A stretch of DNA of 64,000 nucleotides from Tubulanus polymorphus. Taxonomy: Eukaryota; Animalia; Nemertea. Both the position numbers and the translations under genes were made by a program. Below are positions 1-15,100 of the stretch, piece after piece. The notes beneath the pieces were generated by a model, which made no database searches, was not told the DNA's origin, and saw only the letters and a program-made list of their open reading frames with translations. The number at the start of each line of letters is the position of its first letter. The stretch's first letter is position 1. Location: the NCBI RefSeq assembly GCF_964204645.1, contig NC_134026.1, forward strand, positions 17,518,150-17,582,149, written 5' to 3'.

Positions 1-108
1 CAAATTAAATGAATTCTACTGTATTGGACTATGCTACTATTTGCATTGTGAATTGTTTGTTCTCCCTGCTTGTTCTTAATTACTTCACACGTGGTCACGT
101 TACTGTTT

Positions 109-3100
109 TCAAGTGACACTGTAGACAATCTAGCAAACGATGCAGTGATATTTCACAACCTTCACATAAATAACATACGTTGTGGCAATATGTCAGGGTA
201 TGATAACGTCATCATACTAAACTGTGTCGTTAAACAATGAATTATGATAGAACTCTTTTTCGGATAAAAAAACTTTTTCTCAGAATTAGATTGATAAAGT
301 AGCCATACCTGAGTAAATGTTTGATCGGTAGTTTGTTGGATTTGTCCTTGTTGCGCAGCTGTTTGTATCACTATTGGCTGATTAGTACCTCTACCCTGCA
401 TCTGTAGTTGAATTGATTGCAACTGACTGGCATTTAACTGAATCTACAAAACAGACATATTCATTTTTCAATGTGACACATTGTACACCAACAATTGATG
501 ATGTATGGCAGTTAAGATTAGAAATTTCCAAATGCCGTGGACAAGAGTCCCCAGAGAAGATCCAAAATCAAAGCCTCTTTAACCAATTTCTGACATTTCG
601 AATTGACTTTACGAAAATCAGAGATTTGGGTCACTTTGATTTCAATTTCACTCAGAGAGCTAGTTTTTCAATTTCTAACCTATACGTAGCCAATGAAACT
701 GTATCAGCGGTGTTCTCTCTGTGAGTGAAACTTCAATGAATGAATGAAGTTTATGTGACAGGCACTACTCTGGTGTAATTTTAATTACGGCATAGACCAT
801 ATGATAACATTAGAATGCACTTAAAATGGGTCCAAAAATCCTCAAAACATCCCTTTAGGGCTCCACGCCTAAGGTGTTCGTCTTGGCATAGATACAGACT
901 GTTACAATTTTTTTTACCAATAATGACTAACGGACATCTTTTAACCATCATGGAAACCCTGGTACATTTCACTTTTAAGCGCAAAAATCTATTTTTTCTT
1001 GGATTTGCAATAAACGTACAAACAGCTGATAAAGATGAAATAATGGTGCACTGTATAGTAAGCATGTTCAACTTATATATACATGGTAATGGGTTTTCCC
1101 TATGAGTCACTAGTATATGGCAGAACAATCAATAGTATGTTCTTGCTAATGATGTCACTAGGAAAGCCTATCTAAAGGGTTTTCCAAGCGACGTCATCAT
1201 TAACAAACAAGGTCAAGCAGCAAATTGTAGAATGGGGAACAATTCATTGAAGGTTTGCTAATTTTCTCCTTTCTGGGGCCTACCACAAGTAGGAGCAGGC
1301 TTTTAAACAGGCAGCTACAATAAACACAGCTTTTTGTGGATTTTCATGGGCTTGCTGCTATCACACGGATTGATAACTTGCTTGGGGAGTCGATAACTTT
1401 CGTTAGAAACTTTCTTGGGCTCTGATATTTACACACATTTAATGCAGTAATAAAATCTAGGTTCCGTCCGTATATTGGCTATATCAGATTTGTCGTTTTC
1501 TTTGTTTTATGATTTTATTTTATCGGTTTTATTATTTTAGCCTTGGTTAAGCGTGCATGATCAGTCTTGAAATTGGTATTTATACGCTGCATAGTGCTGA
1601 TGCCAATTCAATTCATTCTTTATTGACACAATTAAAAATTCACGATAAAACACTTTCTTTCTTACGTTTTTAAAAATTCTTTTAATTTTCCTTTACTTTC
1701 ATAGGGTGCTTGCATTAATGGCCATTTTTAAAAAAAATCTTTGTATGAACATTTATACGTTTTCAGTTTATTAAAGTAAAACCGCCTTTCTGTTAGATAA
1801 ATTCTGAATTCAATTGAATTGGCCGGTTTGACTGGTTCATGTCTCTTCAGAGAGCGATAGTTTGTGGTGGCATTTAACTTCATCCATAGAACTATAGTTC
1901 TATGCTTTATCGGATGATCGTAGTGGATTGTCATTTGAAGGAAATGTAACTTATTCTTGCTTTATGTCTATATTATTTAATAAGAAAAATCGTGGCTCTT
2001 ATCTATTTTCATGTTCGCTTCTCTTCGCCTGAAGTCACTAGAGCAGTCACGTTTTTTCATCATCAGCTGTGGTAAAATCATTTCAGCACAATCTTCTTAA
2101 GTAATCTAGCAATTATCAACATATGATAGATTCCAAAAAGACACCACAATATTCAAATAACAACCATCTTAAAGCTTGCACTAACTTGGTCCATGTCTAC
2201 AATAACCATTCTGATTCCCAGTCCGCGGTGTATGATATTTCATGTAACAATGTAAGACAACACCGATTTCTTAGCTCTTTAAAAAGTTATCAGTTCAATC
2301 AATTCTACTACAGAAATACAAAACCACCAAGCCTTTAGTACAAACAATGTCAGCAAGCCCATTTTTAGAATTTCTTTCTTGTTTTTCATGACATGTAGAT
2401 ACAAATGCCAGATTTTATCTCGTGTAGATGACAACAATCCCTACAACAATCTTACTGAAATTTTTCCAATTATTTGCTGGTTACTGTTAAAGGGGAAGTA
2501 TAATTTATAGTTGTTGGACTTCAATTGTTGAAAACACAATGAATAACAGCAGTAACATGTATCACAGAGAGCTGCACTACGTCATAGCAGAGAAAAGCAT
2601 AAAAGCATCCGCTATGTGGAGAAAATATATCCATAAAGATTTCAAACACAATAAGATATTGAAATTCTTTTGTTACAGTTCCATTTTTAGACAGACTGAC
2701 ACTTGGAGAAAAGCAGGGAAATAAGCCTACCAATCTAATAATAAAATGTACCCGTTGTCATTAACTCACAGGAATATTTTGTAATTCGCCATTAGGAGTG
2801 ACTATTTGCTGAAAAACTTGAGCAGTTGATTGTTGTTGCACACTCTGTTGTTGCTGTTGTTGTTGTTGCTGATGTTGTTGTTGCTGTACTGCTGGCGCTT
2901 GAATCTGAATCACTTGTGGTGTACCAGTCGTCTCACCATTGCCATTCTGAAAAGAATTAAAACATATAACATAATCAAAATCGCATTGGATGATTCATGT
3001 CACTGTGGTATTTCCTCAAGATCCGATACACACAGTTCATATGTTATATCCTATGAGGGTTTGTTTTAGGTTCTTATTCGGCTTGGAAAAGAGCCTTAAC

Positions 3101-6100
3101 AGATCTTAAGTGCCGTAGTGTTGGGAGCGACTAGTATTATTTGCACCATCAACTGTTCAGTTCAACACATTGAATCACTTTATCGCTTTTCTAGTAATCA
3201 ATAAATGCTCCCCAGTTTACGGTACTGATCACACCGCTTAGCGGGTATGAATGTTTCAATATGCGAAATCAAATAGTTCTAATTTTCACCTATTTTTACT
3301 TTGCCGTGTGGAAGTGTGGATTCGTGAAGAGTGTTATTTCATTAGATATCAAGTATCAACCTTTGGTCCTCTAGTTACCTTGATTATTATCATTGGGGCT
3401 TTCCACCAACTTACAGAAAATTACAATTTTTGGAACTAAAATTTGTATTTCCGAGTAGTACTTACCCTTTCCTATGGTTTTTGCCAATATTTTCTTAATT
3501 TGGATTGATCGCCAATGGTTTTTCTATATGACCCGGCCCTGCGGTATTGCATTTAGCCAGCGGCAAAATCCGCCATCTTTTAATGTCATAGCAGACCCCC
3601 AAAAAAAACAGCTATGCGGGGCAGGTGGGCGGGATTCCAACCATAGGAAAGGGTAAGTACTACTCAGAAATACAAATTTTAGTTCCAAAAATTGTAATAT
3701 TTCCGTCGAGTACTGTTAACCCTTTCCTATGGTTTTTGCTAGACTAGCCTAGCACAAGGATGGTGGGAAAGGTAGATAGAAAAACCACCGCTCAAACGCA
3801 AGGTAAGAGGGAAAAAGAGAGCACTTACCCAAGCACGGAATGGAGCACTGTAGCACAGGGAAGACCGGTTGGCCACAGTGAGTCCGTCCAGCTCAGGGCC
3901 CCCCCCCCCCGAAATTTTGCGAAATTAATACTTGCAGATATGAGCCCAAACTATGTACAAGGATACACCCCCTGTGATCCTGATAATGCAACATAAATAT
4001 TCTACACTAAAGGGTCCGATCGGAAAAAACGGACACCTTGAGCCATAACAACAGGACCAAGTGAAGCTAATGAGCCTAACTGGCCTGAAACATCCCGTAA
4101 ATAAAATGACGTGAATGTCGATGGAGAATTCCAAAAGGCGGCCCGACAGACTTCCTCCAACGGAGCACCAGAAAAGGCTGGGCAGAAAGTAGCCACAGAC
4201 CTCACTTGATGAGAAACCACTCCCTCCGAGGAAAGATTCTCCTTCAATAAAATGTCCTTGATCAGTGAAGAGACCCATCGGGCCTCTGTGTCCCGTGAAA
4301 TATCACCCTTCAGGTGATCCAGCAGAGGAATAAATAACCGCTCCCATGAACCCCTCCGTGAAGCAGAGCGATCTAAATAGAAACACAACACCCGTACAGG
4401 ACATAAAGTCCTGTTTGGAAGGCCCGGTTCCACTCGATGTTTTAGGGCTTCAATTCGCCATTGACGCCCAACTGAGCCTGGTCGTTGGTTCTTTACCAAA
4501 AATTCCAAAGCAGGCCGCAGCGAAACAAATTCCTTCGCTGTATGACAATATGACCTTGTCGGACTGAAAGCGCATGAATCTCAGAGCGAAGGGCCGAGCA
4601 AGCCAAGAACAGCAAAAATACAGTCTTTTTTGACAAATTCGCAAATGACGCTGCCGAAAGAGGTTCAAATGGAGCCTCCATTAACTTCTTCAAAATTACA
4701 GACAGATCCCATGGTGGAACTATCCTTGGTACCCGAGGCCGGGAAATAGAAAACCCTGCAAGAAGCTGGGATATCCGATGATCCCCTGCTACATTTGGCC
4801 ATCCAGAAGCACGCAATGTATGAGCAATCGCGGAGCGGTAACCTTTAATAGTTATGACCGGCAAACCTTTTACTACAAATAGGTGCAGTAAAAAAATCTG
4901 CCAATTGAGCTACAGAGGGTGAGCATGGATCAATTTCCCCTGCAGCACACCAATCCGCAAAATAATTCCATTTGGCATCGTAAATGGTACTTGTTGATGG
5001 CCGCTTAGATCCTGCGATAAAGGAGGCAGCCTGTTCTGAAAAGCCTGAAGCTGACAAGGATCGCTGGACAATGGCCAGGCGAGCAGATTTAACCACTGGC
5101 TGGATGATGCCGAAAGTTCCCCTGAGACAGAAGCGATGGGAAATTCGGAAGAATCCTGGGGTTGTCGCACAGTAGGTTGAGAAGTAGTAGGAACCATTTC
5201 TGAGCTGGCCAACATGGTGCTACCAGAACTATGTTGCAATTGACTGATCTCTCTATTTGATCCAGTAAGCGCAGCAGGACTGGTGTGGGCGGGAACGCAT
5301 ACGCATGCATTCCCGACCAGTCCAGAGAGAAGGCATCGACCCCCCATGCTTCCGCGTCTGGAAACGGGGACACAAACAGAGGACACCTCCAATTGAACCG
5401 GGTGGCAAACAGATCCAGCAGCGGATTGCCAAACATGCCCCGAACCCGATTGGCTACTTCTTGGTGGAGAACCCATTCCGTCTCAATACTCTGACCTCGA
5501 CGAGACAGAGCATCGGCCATCACATTCCTTTTGCCCGCTAAATGTGCCACAGTCAGGGACACGCCCTTTGTCTGGCACCAAGGAAGAATTTTGACCGACA
5601 GACCTGTGAGGGTTTCTGAGTGAGTGCCCCCTTGGTTCTGAAGGTAAGCCCTCACTGTTGAATTTTCTGTGGCTAACCAAACCTGGTGGCCCTCCACTCT
5701 CCTATGAAAGAACTTCAGGGCCTTCCACACGGCCAGCATTTCTTGGAAATTTATGTTGTTGGTGGCCTCGTAGCGAGACCATCTCCCGGCTTTGACTCGG
5801 TTCTCCAGATGTCAGTGCTTCATCTAGCCAAAAATGGAGGGGCGGTCTGCCCCGCCCCCGAAAATAGCCGCCCTTGTGCCCTTCAGATGTGTCCCATGCT
5901 CGCCCTTGTGCCCTCATCACTTGCCGTAGGTCCGCCCTCGAGTCACGAGTAATGAGTCAGGGCTTTCAAAATAAGCTTTCGCACCCGACTGTAAGTAAGA
6001 ATCGTGCGACGGCTATGAAATATCTCGTATGATATCAACGATAGTAGCTCATGTGATCAGTGGTTATATTTAAATGTACTGCAGTCAGTGTGCATCGTGT

Positions 6101-9100
6101 GAAAACGTGCCTCAGACGCGTGGCCTAGTCTTAGTTTCCAAGAAATTGGCTGCCTTCCAAACTACTGCCAATCATTCTAGCGACTGCCGTTATAAAGCTG
6201 GTAGTGTATATTCGATGGATTGTTTCGTTTTGAACACATCGTGATGCTCTGGATCTTTTTATCTAGACTATTAGACAAATTCTATATACACAAGGTGAAA
6301 AACTTTTTTCGGTGAACTCACAGAGAGACTTGGAGAGACAATTAGTTTGAGTGGCCTAATAGCAAAAATGTGTTCTTAAGCTGGCTGCCTACCAATTATC
6401 AACAGTCACTCGCCAATCACTAACACTATCAATTTAAATCAATTAATTTGAAATTTCTAAGATTAAAAATATGCAATTTCATGTAGGTCTATACACTATT
6501 GCTGGCTTTTTTTCGCTGTATCATTTGCTTTTTGAGATTGCTTTTTTCTGCCATTTTTTGTCTGCAACTGGTTTTCCAAATAATTTTGAAAGCCCTATCT
6601 GATTATTTTTGTTCATTAACAGGCATAGGTGTAAGGATGTACTGTGGTCAAGTGTGTCACTCATGACAAGAGTGAAACATAGTTTCTAGTACTCAATTGT
6701 AGTTGGGGGTACCTCGATTCTATGCAATAGGGAACATTGCAGGTTGCCCCTAAAACGGACGTGAGTGCGTTATTATGTGCCCGTGCTCCAATGGAATCAC
6801 GCGTAAAAATGCCCTTATTTGAAATCAGCACCCTGCCCTTTTTTAATACTAGATGAAGCACTGGATGTGCCCCCCATCCTTGGTGACTGGCATCCGTGAA
6901 TACACGAACTGGAGCCTCTAACGGGGCTAGTGACACCCCGCGCCAAAGATTCGTAGTTGCCGCCCACCACTGAAGATCCAGACTTAGATCGGTTGGAGGT
7001 ACGGGAATCAAGGTCTCCCAGTTGCCCTTCGACCGAGACCAGAAGACCTTCCAATATTGTTGCAAGCGCTTGCTTCTGAGGCGGCCTAAGGGCACCACCA
7101 GACCCATGGAGCTGATGGAGCCTAGAGGCCGTGACCAGTAACGAGCTGTTCTCGGGGTTGTGGACACTCCCGCTACAGCTTCTTGAAGATTGGGTACTCG
7201 AGCCATAGACGGAAAGACTTTGCCGATTCGGAGATCGAAGTCCATGCCGAGATAAGTGAACTGTTGGGCCAGTGTCAACTGAGATTTTTCCCTGTTTACG
7301 CGGAACCCTAGCTGATGGACTAAGTGCAATACTGAGGTCATTGCCTCCCGACATTCCTGATCCGAGTTTGCGACTATTAACCAGTCGTCGAGGTAAACTA
7401 ACAGTCGAACACCCCTTGACTGAAGTACCTTCTGAACTGACTTGACCAACTTGGTGAAAACCCACGGGGCCGTACTGAGGCCAAATGGAAGAGACCTGAA
7501 TTGGAACTGGCGGCCTTTCCACTTAATCCTGAGAAATCGCCGAGATTTTGGGTGAATTGGAACCTGAAAGTAAGCATCTTTCAGGTCCAACGAAGCCGCC
7601 CATTGACCCGGACAGAGCCCTTGAATCACGTCCTTGGGTTTGGTCAACCGGAACCTTGGAATGTCTAGGTGCCGATTGAGGGATGACAGATCTATCACCG
7701 TCCGTTGACCCCCTGTGGCCTTTGGTACCATGAATATTCGAGAAAACCAGCCGGGAGAAGTTTCGTTGCAAACTGGTTCTATCCCTCCCTTCTCGGCCAA
7801 TTCCTTGAGAGCCGGAGAGATTAAGGCCTCCTGACCTGGTTTTGGTCGCATGTCGGGAGGCCCGGTCGCCTTAGGAAATGGAGACGGTAGCCACGAGACA
7901 ACCCGGGAGGGCCAACCGTCTCCGAAAAGGTCGGACCAGTGGGTTGCTGCCTGCTGCAGACAACCTCCCACTGGTCCCAAGAATTCCAAGTTTTTCCGAA
8001 AGGAAGAGCCCCTTTTTGGAGCCTTCCCCTTGCCTCGATACGAACCGGAACTGTTAAGGCTGGACGAGGCTTTACACGATTGTTGAAGTTGCGCGCTAGT
8101 TCTCCAACCGGCATCCGAAGCCGCCTGAGAAAGCGCTGAAGTTTGAGATGGTCCTGTTTGCATCCGTGCCGAACCTTGCGCCGCCGGCGTCGGACCAGAA
8201 CGCTTTCCACACGGAGTTCAGGGGTTGGACTTGGCCTGGACCTCCCGAATCTTCCTCAGCTCTGCGGAAACCGGAGCACACCAACCGGAGAAGAGACGTG
8301 AAGACTTCCCCAATGGAGCTCTCAGCAAAGCATTGGACACCATATCCGGTAGACTAGTTTTGGAACTGGAGTCCATAACTGACTGACGGGAGACTAACAC
8401 AAGATTAGCCTGACCCCGAACTGACAACGGAATTACACGCGAAACAGACCGAGCAAAAGATTGGATAATCCGGTCCATTCCCTCCAGTTTTAGGGCAACT
8501 GACTCTGGGTCGGAGCCCGCATGAACAGCGGCGTGAGTCTCGCGAAGCTCACCCGTCAACACCTTAAGTGCCATATCCTAAAACGAACCAACCCTGGTAA
8601 GATTCTCCAGGATTGACGTCATGGCCACCAAACCGGACTTAGGCAAACAAATACCCGACTGTGCTGTAACAGTATCCGGGCTGATCAAAGTATAATCAGC
8701 ATCCAGGCAGTTATGACTGTGATCCACAGCACCTGGAGTTGCGTAATACGCCGAGCAAATGCGCCTATAGGTGGATCGGTTGAACTAAAATATTTCCCAG
8801 ATTTCATACCCCGTTCTGGAGGGGGAAATGAAAATGTTCCATGATAACGAGTTTAAAATTTTCTCTTCAAATACATGAAAATCCTTCTGAGTCAGGAATT
8901 TTCCAGTATCCCGACGATCATGCCGACTTCGGTGATGGTCCCTCGAACGGGATCGAGACCTACTAGAAGAATCGCCTTCACCGCTAACCGACATCGACGA
9001 ACGATGAGAAGACCGACAGCGAAACTTCCTACAATAACGATCGTAATCCCTCTCGCGATCAAACCTTGATCTGCGAGGAGATCTTGGGCGTTTATAACGC

Positions 9101-12100
9101 TCACAGCGTCTAGATCTAGTGGGAGAGCGAGCTCTAACCCCGAGCGACGATCAGAATCAGACGATGAACGAACCGGATGTTTTGAACCGGATGACGTCTG
9201 GACCGGACCGGTGCCCGAACTGGACCGATGCCCGACCCGGACCGGACCGGTACCGACCGAACCGGTAAGGGCCCTTCCCGACTACCGCGGCGCGCGCTCG
9301 GTTCAGAACATGTAGTCTGAACCGGCCGACGCGGCCGAACCGGTGAACGACCAGAGACCGGTGAATGACCGGAGACCGGTGCCGGTGAACCAGCGTTCCT
9401 CCCCGGTGAACGGAGTTGGGAAGCCGATCGTACCAGAACGACCGGCGACCGCTCCGCTATACGATTAGAAATAGAAATAGAGACGTCGGTTGGCACGTCA
9501 GCCGGGAAGAAACCAGGGATAACCCCCTAACCGAACGGACTCACCGTTATGAGAGTGGAAACTCCCTAATATCCTAATTCCCAGATTTTTATGCGAAAAA
9601 ATTCCAACGCGTTCTACTGCTAGAACGCCAAGAAAAAAGATGGTGGAATTCGCCGGTGGCTAAATGCAATACCGCAGGGCCGGGTCGTATAGAAAAACCA
9701 TTGGCGATCAATCCAAATTTAGAAAATATTGGCAAAAACCATAGGAAAGGGTACAGTACTCGACGGAAATACCCCATTGTTATTTCATCAATTGTTATTA
9801 TCAGTATCTCCTATTCAGTTTTTGTTATTCAAATCATTAATTGTGGAAAATATGGTAGGTACATACACTTTATATGCAATTGCAAATTGACAGAATAAGT
9901 TCATACAACTGCCACCAAAGGGACAGTACGGTTAAATAACCATAACTTTTTTGATGACCGAAATGTATTAGTTCAAAATAAGTTCATTTTCCATCAATTT
10001 CTATCTAATTTTGATTTGTTTAGCGTTCACATCTAAAATTTTGCTAACAAAATATGCCAAGTTACCACTATAATATGGAAATACTAAGTTATTCTATAAT
10101 ACAACGCCCCCTGGTGACCATATGGAAAGCCCAATGAATTTGAAACTAACCATAATCATAGAGCATATCATTAGCTACAACCTTTCAATCGATCATGGTA
10201 ACAAAATATGCCTAGGTGCCAATATAATAAGGGAATACTTGTGTTATTGCATTCCATATACAAAAACCAATGACCTTGGATCTCACCACAATTATAGACC
10301 ATGTCATGAGCTAGAACTTTCCAATTGATTGTGGTAACAAAATATGCATAGGTACGAATATAATATGGAAGTACTATATTATTGAATTGTTCAACGCCCC
10401 ATGATGGCAATTTACAAAACCAATGACTTTGAAACTCAACACAATCATTGAACATGTCAGCAGCTACAATTTTGTAACAATTTGATTGCAGTAACAAACT
10501 ATGCCTAGTTACCAATATAATATGGAAATACTAAGTTATTCTAGTTATTCAACGCCCTATTTTGACCATACGCAAAGCCCAAGCTACAACTTTGCAATTG
10601 ATTATGGTAACAAAATATGTCTAGGTACCAATGTAAAAGGAAATACTAAGCTATTCTACTTTTCAACGTCCCCTGGTGACTATGTGGAATAACTAATGAC
10701 CTTGAAACTTCCCACATTGAACATGTCATGAGCTACAACTTTTAAATTGATTGTGGTAACAGAATATGCATGGGTACAAATATGATATAGAAATACTCCA
10801 GTTCCAAAGTTATTGCATTGTTCAATGCCCCCTGGTGGCCATATACAAAACTAATGACCTTGAAACTAATGACTCACTACAATCATAGAAAATGTTATAA
10901 GCTACAGCTTTCCAATTGAATGTGGTAACAAAATATGCTTAGGTATCAATATAATGTGGAAATACTTTCTTCCACCTACGAATGAGTACTGATGACACCT
11001 GGATGGCCGCCAATTGCGTCATAATTGGCCTATCAAAAATACCTGTCTCAGGTCTAAATGATCTCTTTTTAAAGAATACCCATCACAAATTGCAATGAAA
11101 AATGGCAAACCATTAGGAAGTTACAGGACTCAGAATTCAGGCCAAAATTGACATTTTTGGGCCACAAAAAAAGGTCACAGGACGGCCATCTTAAGTCCGA
11201 TCGACAGAATTTGGCGAACAACAATGGCTACCAGTCAGCCATCTTTAACCTGAGAGGGCCAGTTTTTGGGCTTAAGATGTGTCTCGGGTAGTTACATGTA
11301 TAAACCAAATATCAAAACATTTCCTTGAAGCGTCTTCAAAACTTCCCAAAATAACTAGATTCAGTCTAAACGGACGAACGAACGAAAAGTGAACGCAATA
11401 GCCCGCTGGGACTAAAGTCCCAAGTGGGCTAAAAACTAAGAGGACCATAAGGCCCTGTAAGCATGCTTAATTCTCCTAAGCTTAAAATTATTATATTACA
11501 TCTCGAATGTTGCTAAAGACGACTGATTCCCCGCACCAACTGAAACACCTGAGTGTATAATACACCCTGCGCATATGTCGACCCGTTTTCGAAGTCAAAA
11601 AATGAAAAATACAATCAGCTTCCAGCGGCCTTGACCTTTGACCTAGTAGACCCAAAATGAGTTACCCACAATCTCTGGGATAACTCATCCATCAAATTTC
11701 ACCTAGTTACCTTAAATTGTTTATGAGTTAGAGCCCGATAATGAAAAATATAAAACAGCATCCAGTGACCTTGACCTTTAACCAACAGGACTCGAAATCT
11801 TATCAGTTAGCCACAGTCTCTAGGATAACCCATCTGTACAATTTCACTAAGCCTAAGTTATTTTGATATAGTTATCTATGAGTTAAGAGCCTGAAAATGT
11901 AAAATACAAAACAGCTTCCAGTGACCTTGACCTTTGACCAACAGGACCCGAAATCTTATCAGTTACCCACGGTTCCTAGATCCATAGAATTTCATTAAGT
12001 TAACTTAAAGGGTTTATGAGTTAGAGCCCAGAAATGATATTTACAAAATGGCTTGCTGTAACCTTGAACTTGGACCCAAAATCTCATCAGTTACTAACCT

Positions 12101-15100
12101 CATCTAGTCCAAAACAATTGTAGAATTTCAGGAAAATCTATCAAAGGGTTTAGGACAGATGGACGGAAAGACAACAAAGTGAGTAAATACAGTATGCCCC
12201 CCACAATGCATTGTGTGGGCATAAAAAAAGGAAAGAGTCAGTGAATAACATCATGTCATATTGCTTAGTTCATGCAAATATAATAACCGACTAGAAAAAT
12301 GTCGATTAAAATAAGCGAAGATCAATCAATTTGAGATTGATAACTTCACCTGATTTAGGCTTTCACATCCCTGAGTTGATGCCTCGGATGCACACGTTAG
12401 CATGCCTTCCAGGGATGAAAACGGCCCATATTGAAAGTCGGAAAATATTTTCAGAATTTTTTTGGGGAACAAAAATCAGAAACTTTTAGCCAAAAAACTT
12501 ACTTCCTTTTGGTCAAAACGTTAATAGTTTGGGCCTGAATTAGAGCCGCTTTTTGAATGAGACGCCATATTGGTTTCTCCGACTCCACAGTTGTACTAAC
12601 AACTGCCGAAAACCGTCTTAAGGAGCACTCCTAACTACGGAGCGCTCCGATGTGACGCCCGCGATTGAGATGATTAAAGCGATTGAGGTGATTTACACTG
12701 TTCTCAGGAATAAAGAAAATGTTAGAAAAGGTCGGAAATCCATCTATGGTCAGAAGACTTTCATCCCTGGCATTCTCACTCACGCGACACATATATTTAT
12801 TACAGCTAAACAAACTAAAGCACAGGTTGATACACAAGCCAACTTGAATCATGTATTTGGATTCAGGAGCCAAGGCAATGCAGTAGATTTCACTCTGAAA
12901 AGTCATCATTTCAAATTTAACTAGGGCCAATAAAATGCACCAGTCAAATGAATATAATTTATAAATAACCCATATAACTAACACAAGCTTAGTTGCATTG
13001 GTTGTTCGTCCGTACAGCACAAGTAGTACGTGCATATTTATGAGCACCTACTATAGGCCTCCCGTAGCAAGTGCATGTTAAGTATGCGTCTTGCATCATT
13101 GATTTCGCGAATGAAATTTCCTGCATACAAAATAACAAGCATTCCCGGCAGTTGCACTAAGGTGATAACATAAACCTGATTGACACTAGAAATAATCCAA
13201 CCGCCATACAAATGCAACAGGGGCAACAAGTGGACTGTTGAGAATTTTCCACAAGATTTTACCATAGCTCATCCTTGCTCAATGCTAGCTTAACCGATTT
13301 GACTTGTATGAAATTAGGCAAACATGTTTCTAGATTACTGGTAAATCTTACAAGTTCAGAAGTGGCGCAACTTTCATTCTTAATTCACGGCTTAATTATG
13401 GTTATATTTAACTTGAGTTAGAGAAGAAATCAAGCGTTGATGTGAACTTAGTGAACCTGGCAGCTCTAAGAAGAAATTTGTAGCATTGCAAGTAGGCCTA
13501 TATTATGGAATGATAAAATAACTAGGGTGACCATCTAGTCGAAAAACCAATCAAGATTCAAATAACATTTTATGGGTTTGACTTATACCACGGAACATGT
13601 ACTCACATTTACGGTAACAGTTTGAGTCTGACCACCAATCTGAATTTGGAACGGTTGCTGAACAACTTGTTGATCTATCAGAGAATAGAATGATTTACTT
13701 TTAAACAATACTGTACTATATATATGTACATGTTCAGTAACTAACCAGTTAACAATAGCATTTATTGTTATGAGAACGTGATTCCCGGATTCTACCCAGT
13801 ACGTACTTTGAACTTGCACCTGTTGTGTTGTGGTAGACTGTGTCGTATTCTGTTGTTGTAAAGCTGCTTGGTGTTGTTGGGCGATCTGGAAGTAATACTG
13901 CACTTGGTCTGGTAAAACTCCCGCTCTCTGAGTATCTTCCTACAAGAACAAGAACAACAACAAAAAACAAAACACCAGTTTGGTAGCCTTTCTATATCAG
14001 CATCAGGATTAATTGAGATATGTATGCTGGTACTACATACCGCTCTTTTTGCCGGTTTTATGTCATCACGAGGAACGATGTCGATCAAAAAGTCAAATTG
14101 ATCAAATTTTGTGATTGCCATTGCTATATCATTTCGCTGCAATGATAAAGAAATCATAATAGTAGATACAAAATGAAATTTAGAATAGTAAATTTCAGCA
14201 TTTTGTTGTTCTACTTCAACAATAAGTTATCCTGATGAATGTAGTTAAACACAACCCAGGTTTTATCACCATGTCTGAACGGGCGATGGGGAACCAGGCT
14301 ACAATGGCTCTGATATGGACTAAAAAAAGCGTTCATCTGTTTATGAGTGAGTTTATGGATACTGATAACAACAATCATTCTGATTTAGTAGCCCCAAGGT
14401 GGCACATAGTCCTAGTGACCTAGATGCATAGGCCTGTAGGATAAGCAATTCTGATTATTTTAGGTGAATAATGCAGAAATTGTTTCCAATCTTTTCATAG
14501 ACTGATTCTGAAGAGAACACGAATGACAGCTTTCATCAGCACCTGTGCAGTATGAAGCACCCAGGGGTCACCCGACCCAACATTATGACACTCATCAAAT
14601 TTCAAGTTCTTTGTTTTCGTACCATATTTTTGTGAAATACATTGTTCAAATAAATTTCTTATTTTCGTTATATCAATAAAAATAGGTGTAACTATCTATT
14701 TTAGAATCGAAATCGACTCCTTATTTTGAAGACTACTTATTTCCCAGGCTTCCATTCCAAAAATATTCTCAGGGAATTTCAAATCCAAGACGGTAGACCT
14801 TGGTGACATGACCTCAACGCACCAAACTGAATGAGCGAAAATTATTCTGAAATGTAGCCCTATATCATATCTCAAATTTGGTGTATAGCTTGTTTATTTA
14901 GGTTGAGTAGATTCTGAGTAATGCTAAGTAATGCTATTAGTAATGCTCTGAGTAATGCTATTAATTGTAGACACAAGTTTTATCCAAAAATCATATATAG
15001 TACAATGCAAAATGGTCAGTCTTGAAAGGGTTAAGCGTTTTTTCAATATGGACCCAGGTGGCCACATTTGGAACCATAACTAGAATTTCAAAAGGTATGT

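Larger units (their letters stand above)
3420..9771 (-). mobile_element. DIRS1-like tyrosine-recombinase retrotransposon, decayed, in NF-YC intron
   Basis: Non-identical inverted termini (~3420-3580 vs ~9633-9771) and an internal complementary region (3639-3738) matching both outer ends. Internal order is gag-like, RT, RNase H, methyltransferase, tyrosine recombinase. GC-rich relative to the host. Confidence 0.95.

Noticed and set aside
2830-3069. Poly-Leu signal-peptide-like ORF on the + strand
   Set aside because: Antisense of the NF-YC poly-Q exon.
6661-8163. 500-aa ORF as an intact RT gene
   Set aside because: The N-terminus reads in from the gag region and the C-terminus runs into an inserted transposon; the element has several frameshifts.
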